Part shown: one piece after another, positions 8,347 to 16,204 of the stretch
How the letters are laid out: each line of letters starts with the position of its first letter
Numbering within the stretch: the first letter of the stretch is position 1
Assembly (NCBI GenBank): GCA_045106855.1
Contig: JBGCFI010000026.1
Coordinates: 40,711-104,710, forward strand
Origin: Granulosicoccus sp.
GTDB lineage: Bacteria > Pseudomonadota > Gammaproteobacteria > Granulosicoccales > Granulosicoccaceae
Direction of reading: 5' to 3'
DNA length: 64,000 nt
The notes under the pieces: model-generated
What the model was told of the DNA's origin: nothing
The model's database searches: none
The model's input: only the letters and a program-made list of their open reading frames with translations
Made by a program: the position numbers and the translations under genes

Positions 8347-8390
8347 ATTCCCGCCTGCGCGGGAATGACGATAGTGCGCGGGAATGACGC
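8347..8390. repeat. REP-like palindromic element (ATTCCCGC-ctgc-GCGGGAAT followed by GACGAT) plus an adjacent half copy gcgcgggaatgacgc
   Basis: Perfect 8-bp inverted repeat 8347-8354 / 8359-8366, with a half copy at 8376-8390. A related copy lies at 54120-54139, and the flanks are similar over about 55 bp (ggggtat...agattcccgc...gcgggaatgacgat). Confidence 0.7.
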
Positions 8391-8438
8391 GTTGTCGGAG
8401 GATGATGATTCTCTAACCGTCTTCTGATATTCGAATCT

Positions 8439-9353
8439 CTATCCGTCTTCTGCGACTCGGTTTCGACGTGCTCTGGGATGAGACTCGTCATACACTTTCG
8501 CCAGATGCTGAAAATCCAGGTGGGTATATATTTGTGTCGTACTGATATCTGCATGACCCAGCAATTCCTGCACGGCTCGCAAGTCTCCACTACTTTCCAG
8601 CATATGACTGGCGAAGGAGTGCCTGAGCATATGCGGGTAACAATCCCGATCCAGGCCTTGCGACTCAGCCAGTTTTTTCAAACGCATCTGTACGGTTCTG
8701 GGGGCAATACGTTTGCCACGCGAACTCAGGAAAACCGCTGAACAATCCGCACCTGGTAGGCTGCGGCGATAACCAAGCCACTTGTTAATGGCATCAACCG
8801 CATGTTCACCAACGGGCAAATCACGCACCTTGCTACCTTTTCCGGTAACGCGAACCTGACCAACGCTCAGGTCGAGATCTGCCAGGTCAATACTTACAAG
8901 CTCGGCCAGTCGTAAACCCGATGAGTACATCAATTCGAACATCGCCAGATCCCGACAGATCATGGGATCATTGAGGTTCTGCGACAGCAGTCTGCTGACC
9001 TCCTCCGGGGCCAGCGTCGCCGGCAATGCGTTCTTGTCCTTCGGCGCCAGAATATCCTGCGCCGGATTGACTCTGGCAATTCCATGATCAATCATGAAGT
9101 TGTACAAGCCACGAACCGCTGACAAGCGCCGGGCAAGACTTCTGCCTGCTATACCATCACGATGCTGTTCGGCCACAATTGCGCGCACATCGCTTGCGGA
9201 TAAGGACTGCCAGTTTTCTATATCGCGCTCAGCTGCCGAACGGGCTACCGCTTTCAGATCCCGCGCGTAGTTGCTGACAGTGTGCGGCGAAGCACGACGT
9301 GCAACGCTCAGCTCTTCCAGATACCGATCTATGGCACTTTGAAAATCGCTCAC
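8439..9353 (-). CDS. xerC: Tyrosine site-specific recombinase XerC
   Basis: 304 aa. N-terminal core-binding region (YLEELSVARRASPHTVSNYARDL) and C-terminal catalytic motifs (HMLRHSFASH, LLGHADISTTQIYTHL). Conserved dapF-DUF484-xerC context. Confidence 0.93.
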   Translation of the reverse strand: MSDFQSAIDRYLEELSVARRASPHTVSNYARDLKAVARSAAERDIENWQSLSASDVRAIVAEQHRDGIAGRSLARRLSAVRGLYNFMIDHGIARVNPAQDILAPKDKNALPATLAPEEVSRLLSQNLNDPMICRDLAMFELMYSSGLRLAELVSIDLADLDLSVGQVRVTGKGSKVRDLPVGEHAVDAINKWLGYRRSLPGADCSAVFLSSRGKRIAPRTVQMRLKKLAESQGLDRDCYPHMLRHSFASHMLESSGDLRAVQELLGHADISTTQIYTHLDFQHLAKVYDESHPRARRNRVAEDG

Positions 9354-10153
9354 TTTTTCGCTGCCTGTGCATGGGCAACGTAACTGTGAATGCGTCGACT
9401 GAGAAGCTCTCCCATCTGGTTGAGAAACATGACGCCTTTGTTAGCGCCGAACCGAGATTCGTCACGGCTGGTCAGCATAACGACTCCAAGCTTGCGTTCA
9501 AACTGAAGTGGAATCATGGCCGCCGATCCCACGTTTGCATGATCAGGTCCGACCATCGCACGAAGCTGCTCGTCGCTTGGCATGCCACAGACTGTTTCAC
9601 GCCCTTTGAACAGTGCGTCGAACTGCTTTACGCGTTTATCAGTGTGCCTTACGGTGGTAGCGCCTTTGACCTGCTCAAGCTTGGGAGCGCGTTGCCGCGG
9701 GCTAGTCTTGGGCTTGCCGGCCTTGTCGGTGGCTTTATTTTCGCTTGCCTTCTTGCGAGGCGCTCTCTTTGGAGCTGGTGCGATCAACATCAGATGCACA
9801 TCCTCTGCATTGAAACTGGTTCGTAGGCAGTTCTGGGTTAACTTGACGATGTCGGGCAAGTTAGAAGCCGTTATGATTTCCTGATTGAGCAAATGCAGAC
9901 GCTCATGCAAGGACTCATTCTGCCTCGCCACCGCAATCAGATCACAAAGACTCTTTTCAAGATGTCCGCACTTGCCTCGAAGCACGCTAACCTGTTTCTC
10001 GATTAACGACACCGCCTTGCCCGAGTCATGCGGGACCCGCAACCTCGTCAGAATATCCTGATGGCTGACAAAGAATTCCGGGTTACGGATAAGGTACTTG
10101 ACGACGGCATCGGGGTCGATTTCGTTGCCAATATCGGTCTGTTCAGGTTGCAT
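9350..10153 (-). CDS. DUF484 (YigA-like) family protein
   Basis: 267 aa. N-terminus VVKYLIRNPEFFVSHQDILTRLRVPH is typical of DUF484. It sits in the conserved position between dapF and xerC, with a 4-nt overlap with xerC. It contains a basic Lys/Pro-rich insert (APKRAPRKKASENKATDKAGKPKTSPRQRAPK). Confidence 0.8.
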   Translation of the reverse strand: MQPEQTDIGNEIDPDAVVKYLIRNPEFFVSHQDILTRLRVPHDSGKAVSLIEKQVSVLRGKCGHLEKSLCDLIAVARQNESLHERLHLLNQEIITASNLPDIVKLTQNCLRTSFNAEDVHLMLIAPAPKRAPRKKASENKATDKAGKPKTSPRQRAPKLEQVKGATTVRHTDKRVKQFDALFKGRETVCGMPSDEQLRAMVGPDHANVGSAAMIPLQFERKLGVVMLTSRDESRFGANKGVMFLNQMGELLSRRIHSYVAHAQAAKK

Positions 10154-10160
10154 GTTATCG

Positions 10161-10994
10161 CTACATTCTTGTTTGTCCCTCGAAGACTGTAGAACATGGG
10201 CCAGTCATTTCAATCGAAGCTTGCACATTAGGCCAATGTATTTTCAAATTTCCACCGGGTAAGCTCACGATAACGGTATTGTCAAGGAGCCCTTGTGAGT
10301 GAGCGATGGCCACTGCTGCACAGGCTCCAGTGCCGCATGCGCGTGTCTCACCAACCCCCCTTTCGAAGACTCGCAACCGGATATGCTGCTTATCGATGAT
10401 CTGCATGAAACCGACGTTGACACGATTCGGGAATCTTTCATGTCGTTCAACCAGTGCCCCCAGATGCTCTACATCTGCTACACATAGATCATCGACGTGA
10501 AAAAGTACATGTGGATTACCAATACTGGCAGCACCAACCTTAAAGCGATGTCCGTCGACCTCAAGGTCGTAAAAATCACGACGTTCCTCAGCAACAAAAG
10601 GGATACGCGCTGGCTCGAATTGAGGCACACCCATCTGGACCATGACTTGCTCATCATGCTGCAACTGCAGAGTGATGATGCCCAATGCGGTATTGACAGG
10701 AATGGAACGACTTTGCGTAAGTTTCCGGTCTGTGACAAAACGGGCAAAGCAGCGTGCCCCATTGCCGCAGTGTTCAACCTCATCACCATCGGCATTGAAT
10801 ATTCGGTAATCGAATTCCGCCTGTTCCACCGTTGGCGCACCCACGACGAGCAGTTGATCAAAGCCAATACCGGTATGTCGATCCGACCAGCGTTGAACCG
10901 TATCACTATCAAGAATAACGCCACCATCCCGGTTATCAATGACCATGAAGTCATTGCCCAGACCGTGCATCTTGGTAAATTCAACGGACTTCAC
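10161..10994 (-). CDS. dapF: Diaminopimelate epimerase
   Basis: FTKMHGLGNDFMVIDN, CGNGARCFARFV and ACGTGACAA motifs. The ORF track start (11150) overlaps lysA. GTG 10994..10992 forms a GTGA overlap with the lysA stop and gives MKSVEFTKMHG, matching the usual N-terminal length. ATG 10970 is an alternative start. Confidence 0.92.
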   Translation of the reverse strand: MKSVEFTKMHGLGNDFMVIDNRDGGVILDSDTVQRWSDRHTGIGFDQLLVVGAPTVEQAEFDYRIFNADGDEVEHCGNGARCFARFVTDRKLTQSRSIPVNTALGIITLQLQHDEQVMVQMGVPQFEPARIPFVAEERRDFYDLEVDGHRFKVGAASIGNPHVLFHVDDLCVADVEHLGALVERHERFPNRVNVGFMQIIDKQHIRLRVFERGVGETRACGTGACAAVAIAHSQGLLDNTVIVSLPGGNLKIHWPNVQASIEMTGPCSTVFEGQTRM

Positions 10995-12238
10995 GGCAAA
11001 AGAAATTCCTGTGCAAAAAGTGCTTCGGTTTCCTCTCGGGAGCGAACCAGGAACGCATTGTCTCCGTCGACCATCACCTCGGCAGCACGGGGACGCGTAT
11101 TGTAATTTGAGCTCATCACGAACGCGTAGGCACCAGCGGAGCGTACACATAGTAAATCGTTTTCCGCAATCGCAAGTTGACGTTCTTTACCGAGGAAATC
11201 TGCCGACTCGCAGATGGGTCCGACCACATCATAAACACGTGACTCACGCTCTAGAGTCTCAACCTCTTCTATCGCCTGCCAGGCGCTATACAGTGCCGGG
11301 CGTATCAGATCATTCATGGCAGCATCGACCACGGCAAAATGCCTATCTTCATTACTTTTCAGGTATTCAACGCGCGTTAAGAGAATGCCAGCCTGACCAA
11401 CGATATAACGGCCGGGCTCAACCAGTATCTGCAGGTCTCTGTCGCCAATTACGTTTTTAACACAGTCAGCCCATGCCTTTACATCCAGGCTGGTATCTCC
11501 CTCACCATAGCCAATACCCTGACCACCACCCACATCGATGTGGCTCAGATGAATACCTTCTTCCTCCAGCGAATCCACCATCGATACCAGTAGTTTCACA
11601 GCATCCTCATAAGGTTCAAGGCTGGTCAGCTGCGAACCAATGTGGCAATCAATCCCTTGCACGTCAATGGAAGGATGTTGTGCCGCACGTCGATACGTCT
11701 GCATGGCGTCCGCCATGTTGATACCGAACTTGTTTTCTTTAAGACCAGTAGAGATATACGGGTGCGTCATGGCATCAACATCAGGGTTGATGCGCAGGGA
11801 AACCGGCGCAACCACACCATGCGCCTTGGCAACCTCTGCCAGCCTATCAAGTTCTGAGACCGATTCGACATTAAAACAGCGAATTCCCGCCTCGAGAGCC
11901 GCAACCATCTCACGCTCGTTCTTGCCGACACCTGAAAAAACAATAGATGATGGCTTGCCACCGGCAGCCAGTACACGTTTGAGCTCCCCTATGGAGACGA
12001 TGTCAAAGCCCGAACCCAGACGCGCCAGGGTGTCGAGAATAGCCAGATTACTGTTGGCCTTGACTGCGTAACAGATGAGATGGTCAGAACCACTGAGTGC
12101 ATCGGCGAATTCGCGCCATGCGTGTTCGATACTGCCTCGGTTGTACACGTATAACGGTGTACCAAATTCCTCAGCCAGCTCACTGCAGCGCTTGTTATCG
12201 GTCATCAATGACCCGGATTGTCGGTAGAAAGGCGTCAT
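10991..12238 (-). CDS. lysA: Diaminopimelate decarboxylase
   Basis: 415 aa. PLP-dependent group IV decarboxylase pattern (ICYAVKANSN, IDVGGGQGIGY, CESADFLG). lptM-lysA-dapF context. Confidence 0.95.
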   Translation of the reverse strand: MTPFYRQSGSLMTDNKRCSELAEEFGTPLYVYNRGSIEHAWREFADALSGSDHLICYAVKANSNLAILDTLARLGSGFDIVSIGELKRVLAAGGKPSSIVFSGVGKNEREMVAALEAGIRCFNVESVSELDRLAEVAKAHGVVAPVSLRINPDVDAMTHPYISTGLKENKFGINMADAMQTYRRAAQHPSIDVQGIDCHIGSQLTSLEPYEDAVKLLVSMVDSLEEEGIHLSHIDVGGGQGIGYGEGDTSLDVKAWADCVKNVIGDRDLQILVEPGRYIVGQAGILLTRVEYLKSNEDRHFAVVDAAMNDLIRPALYSAWQAIEEVETLERESRVYDVVGPICESADFLGKERQLAIAENDLLCVRSAGAYAFVMSSNYNTRPRAAEVMVDGDNAFLVRSREETEALFAQEFLLP

Positions 12239-12272
12239 GTTGGAAATGAAATATCTAAATTAAAGTGGGAAG

Positions 12273-12485
12273 CTATTGCGTCGCTGGAGTCGCTGATTTT
12301 TTCTTGACTGTTTCTGCTTCATCTGTGTTGCCCTCCTCTGACTCGATGATACGTTCGTTTGCGATTTCGAGCTCTTTTACCAGTTGCAGGTCGGGCGGCA
12401 AAAACAATTCCCCCTTGTTGCCGCAACCCGCGAGAATCAGCACCGCAAAAAAAACGCACAGATACGCTGTCAGTAGTCGGAACAT
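12273..12485 (-). CDS. lptM: Small lipoprotein LptM/YifL family
   Basis: 70 aa. MFRLLTAYLCVFFAVLILAGCGNKGELFLPP has the lipobox LAGC followed by G.KG.L..PP as in YifL. It sits immediately upstream of lysA. Confidence 0.7.
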   Translation of the reverse strand: MFRLLTAYLCVFFAVLILAGCGNKGELFLPPDLQLVKELEIANERIIESEEGNTDEAETVKKKSATPATQ

Positions 12486-12561
12486 AACGCAACCTCACTT
12501 GCACTACAGGGCATTGGAGTATACTCGCCTGCGCACATCAACCGAGTTTTCAAGCCGCCTC

Positions 12562-13239
12562 ATGAGTACCAAATTGCTCGACAGCATCGAAATCAGCACT
12601 GCTGACCAGTGCGAATACAGCGTTATCTGGTTGCACGGGCTGGGAGCCAGCGGCCATGACTTCGAACCCTTGGTACCTGAGCTGAACCTGCTGGAACGGC
12701 CGGGCGTCCGATTTGTGTTCCCGCACGCACCCATCCGTCCGATTACCATCAACGGCGGTGCCGCCATGCGCGGCTGGTACGATATCAACTCTCTGGATTT
12801 CGACGAACGCGAACAGGATACAGCGGGGATTCGCGAGTCGGCAGCACACGTCAACGCACTGATAGATGCCGAAATAGCACGCGGCATACCGTCAACCAAT
12901 ATCCTGCTCGCAGGCTTCTCCCAGGGCGGTGCAGTTGCCCTGTTCACAGCGCTGACCACGGCACACAAGCTCGGCGGTATCATGGCTTTGTCTACGTACC
13001 TGCCCATACAGGAAGCCGCGCTTCAGGAGCTGACAGAGCACGGCAGACAATTGCCCGTGTTTATGGCACACGGACAATTCGACGACGTTATCCAGATTCA
13101 CTATGCCGAGCAGTCACACACGGTGCTTGCTGAACAAGGGATTGAGGTGCAGTGGCATAGCTATGCCATGGCGCACAGTGTCAGTAGCGAAGAGGTCACT
13201 GACATTTCTGCGTGGCTAAAACGTCAGTTCGGCATGTAG
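12562..13239 (+). CDS. Alpha/beta-hydrolase carboxylesterase/phospholipase family protein
   Basis: ATG 12562 ([11 protein letters not shown]...). The part of ORF 12265..13239 upstream of this overlaps lptM antisense and is compositionally odd. Motifs are [14 protein letters not shown] and the GFSQGGA nucleophile elbow. Confidence 0.85.
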   Translation: MSTKLLDSIEISTADQCEYSVIWLHGLGASGHDFEPLVPELNLLERPGVRFVFPHAPIRPITINGGAAMRGWYDINSLDFDEREQDTAGIRESAAHVNALIDAEIARGIPSTNILLAGFSQGGAVALFTALTTAHKLGGIMALSTYLPIQEAALQELTEHGRQLPVFMAHGQFDDVIQIHYAEQSHTVLAEQGIEVQWHSYAMAHSVSSEEVTDISAWLKRQFGM

Positions 13240-14714
13240 GCAGTTGCCAGGCGCTGCCCTGCCCTTTTTACTGCGGCCTCTACTGCATCAGGAGCGGTGC
13301 CACCGATATGACGGCGGGCGGTTACAGACCCCTCAAGCGTGAGTACCTCGAACACATCATCCTTGATGTGAGTACTGAAGCTCTGCAGCTGTTCGAGTGT
13401 CAGCTCTGACAGGTCAAGATCATTGTGCATGCCAAATGCCACAGCTTCACCAACGACCTCATGCGCATCTCTAAAAGCCAGTCCTTGCCTGACCAGATAG
13501 TCAGCAAGATCGGTTGCCGTGGAAAATCCGGCCTTGGCAGCCTGCCGCATCGCATCGTGACGAACCTCTATAGCCGGTAGCATATCGGCAAACGCACACA
13601 GACACCCAAGCCAGGTGTCGACCGAATCGAACAAGGGCTCTTTGTCTTCCTGATTATCCTTGTTGTAGGCCAGAGGCTGACTTTTCATTAAGGTTAATAG
13701 CGACATGAGATTGCCGTAGGCGCGTCCGGTCTTGCCTCTGACAAGCTCAGGGACATCCGGGTTTTTCTTCTGCGGCATGATCGACGAGCCGGTACAAAAG
13801 CGATCGGGCAAATCGATGAAACGAAACTGCGCCGACATCCACAGAACAAGTTCCTCAGAGATTCGAGACAGATGCATGAGACTAATGGCTGTGGCCGAGC
13901 AGAATTCGATCGCAAAATCTCGATCACTCACAGCGTCCAGCGAATTTTCGCAGATCGCATCAAAGCCAAGAAGCTGGCATGTTATTTCCCGGTCTATTGG
14001 GTAGGATGTGCCCGCAAGCGCAGCCGCACCCAACGGCATGCGGTTAAGCCGTTTACGGGTATCCGCCAGCCTCTCCAGATCGCGCAATAGCATCTCGAAC
14101 CAGGCCATGACGTGGTGCCCGAACGTAACGGGCTGAGCCGTCTGCAAATGCGTAAATCCCGGCATGATTGTGGCTTTTTCGGCCATTGCCAGCTCCAACA
14201 GACCCTCAAGCAGTCGTGTAAGTTGTCCGGCGGCCTGATCACAAGCGTCCCGCAAATACAATCTGATGTCGGTTGCCACCTGATCGTTCCTGGATCTGCC
14301 GGTGTGTAGTCTTTTTCCTGCATCACCTATCCGCGCGGTCAACGCAGCTTCGATATTCATGTGAACATCTTCAAGAGCCACCGACCAATCGAACCCACCC
14401 GTCTCGATATCATTCTGCACGGCATCCAGGCCAGTCTGTATTGCGTCATGATCGCTGGCACTCAAAACACCCGTGCGCTGTAACATCGTGGCGTGTGCCC
14501 GCGAACCCTGGATATCCTGTCGGTACATGCGTTTGTCAAAATTCACCGACGCCGTAAATTCCTGCACGAACTCATCAGTGGATTCTGAAAATCGACCTCC
14601 CCACATACCCTGACCTGATAATTCACCCGGCTGAGAATCACGCGGCCTGGTTGCTGTCTTTTTTTCAGTGGATTGTTTTGCTTCTGTGCTACCAGGTTTA
14701 TCAGACTGACTCAT
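13224..14714 (-). CDS. argH: Argininosuccinate lyase
   Basis: 496 aa. [20 protein letters not shown] and [12 protein letters not shown] signature motifs. There is a 36-aa Ser/Thr/Lys-rich N-terminal extension, and ATG 14606 (MWGGRF) is an alternative start. Confidence 0.95.
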   Translation of the reverse strand: MSQSDKPGSTEAKQSTEKKTATRPRDSQPGELSGQGMWGGRFSESTDEFVQEFTASVNFDKRMYRQDIQGSRAHATMLQRTGVLSASDHDAIQTGLDAVQNDIETGGFDWSVALEDVHMNIEAALTARIGDAGKRLHTGRSRNDQVATDIRLYLRDACDQAAGQLTRLLEGLLELAMAEKATIMPGFTHLQTAQPVTFGHHVMAWFEMLLRDLERLADTRKRLNRMPLGAAALAGTSYPIDREITCQLLGFDAICENSLDAVSDRDFAIEFCSATAISLMHLSRISEELVLWMSAQFRFIDLPDRFCTGSSIMPQKKNPDVPELVRGKTGRAYGNLMSLLTLMKSQPLAYNKDNQEDKEPLFDSVDTWLGCLCAFADMLPAIEVRHDAMRQAAKAGFSTATDLADYLVRQGLAFRDAHEVVGEAVAFGMHNDLDLSELTLEQLQSFSTHIKDDVFEVLTLEGSVTARRHIGGTAPDAVEAAVKRAGQRLATAYMPN

Positions 14715-14874
14715 TAATCATCCAAACAGTTTTTCGGGTATCAATGGCCCGATTGAAGACAGGAGCAATGCTGATGCTCCTAATAAGCGCCTCTGTCAAC
14801 GATGTTCCAGGCAGGCACTGCACGCGTATACTATCGTTTTTACAGATAAATACTGTATCTTCGCGACAAGTACC

Positions 14875-15654
14875 ATGCAGTTTAAAGATACCGCCCGGCT
14901 GCGAACACCTCGTGTACTGATAACCCGACCCGAAGGCCAGCAGCTCGATTTTTCACAAGGCTGCGAGGCTCTGGGATATTCAGTCGCACTACTGCCGTGC
15001 CTGCAAATTGTACCGTGCAAGACAGATCTCCCATATTTTACCCGTTTGCTTGATACACATGGTACCGCCCTGTTCACCAGCGCAAATGCGGTTCAAATGG
15101 CTCACCGTCTCAGGCCCTTGCCGTGGCCGCAAATACACATACATGCCATTGGAGCCGCTACAGCCCATGCGCTCGATCAGTACCAGCAGAAAGTAGCATT
15201 GATACCGCAAGCGCCTTATAACAGCGAGGCCTATCTCAAACAGCTTGCTGATACCCGGCCGGGATCACTGTTAATCATCAAAGGCATCGGCGGGCGCGAC
15301 CTTATCCTGCCTCGTCTGCAATCGCTGGGCTGGCAGGTAAGCGCTGTCGCACTCTATGAGCGGTTATTGCCGGATGTAACCACCGAAACCATCGATACAT
15401 TGTTCACTGACACCCTTCCGGACATTGTCAGCGTCACCAGCAATGAAACGCTCTCCAATCTTTGGCAACTGTGCCGCCAATATACCGGTGAGCTTAGCAC
15501 CATGCCATTGGTGGTTAATAGCCAGCGATGCGCCCAACTAGCCGCCGACCTGGGATTTAAAAACGCAGCCCTGATTGCTGAACCTGCCGGTAACGAGGGT
15601 CAGTTAAGCTGTCTTGCACAATGGAAAAAACAGGAATTTGACCCTCACTACTAA
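14875..15654 (+). CDS. hemD: Uroporphyrinogen-III synthase family protein
   Basis: 259 aa. RVLITRPEGQ..., a two-lobe HemD-like pattern, FTSANAV and VTSNETL. The assignment is by family resemblance only. Confidence 0.65.
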   Translation: MQFKDTARLRTPRVLITRPEGQQLDFSQGCEALGYSVALLPCLQIVPCKTDLPYFTRLLDTHGTALFTSANAVQMAHRLRPLPWPQIHIHAIGAATAHALDQYQQKVALIPQAPYNSEAYLKQLADTRPGSLLIIKGIGGRDLILPRLQSLGWQVSAVALYERLLPDVTTETIDTLFTDTLPDIVSVTSNETLSNLWQLCRQYTGELSTMPLVVNSQRCAQLAADLGFKNAALIAEPAGNEGQLSCLAQWKKQEFDPHY

Positions 15655-16204
15655 ACGATTCACGATTGCATCATCAGGATGAGAAATTTTAATACCTCTT
15701 TGGGTGTACCTCTGTCGCAGTTAGTACGGTGCCAGTCAGAAAGATCAACTCAATGATCCGACTACAGTAGATCTCGATAAGCGATGATCTTTTTTTCCAG
15801 TGAACTACACTCCTCTTGGACCTATCAACAAAGCGAATACGTTCGGCGAAGTAACTCACCGGATTGTTCGAGGTCATTTCATGGAGTACTACCGGGTTTA
15901 TATGCCGGGTTCTAGGGATATCGGTGCACAAACTAGTCACGCAGCTGGCTGCTACAACTGGCTAATTTTTATGTTCTTGTCAGAAATGTGAACATGTTAG
16001 TTGCGTAAACGTAACACTATCAAAATGCGTAAAAGCTTTGATAATGACAGCCTAGAGTCTCACTTGGACCAGCCATGAATGCGTTAAATCTCATCCTGAA
16101 TACACGTATCTATCAACATCAGGACGAGGCGAACCGTCTTTATTCAACTCAACATCTTTTTGTTAGTCACGAGCACGAAGTCCCATCGGTAGATCAGTCA
16201 TCGC

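Noticed and set aside
8264-8590. 108-aa minus-strand ORF downstream of and overlapping xerC
   Set aside because: It overlaps the xerC 3' end and is read through the REP-like palindromes (the typical ..FPRRRES.. artefact). It has no start context.
12265-12561. N-terminal 99 codons of ORF 12265-13239
   Set aside because: This part overlaps lptM antisense and is Ser-rich and non-homologous. The esterase homology begins at ATG 12562.
15689-15991. ORFs 15689-15940 (minus) and 15800-15991 (plus) in the hemD / GGDEF-EAL spacer
   Set aside because: The two ORFs overlap each other in an A+T-rich spacer, with no motifs or translation signals. They are most likely non-coding promoter or regulatory DNA.
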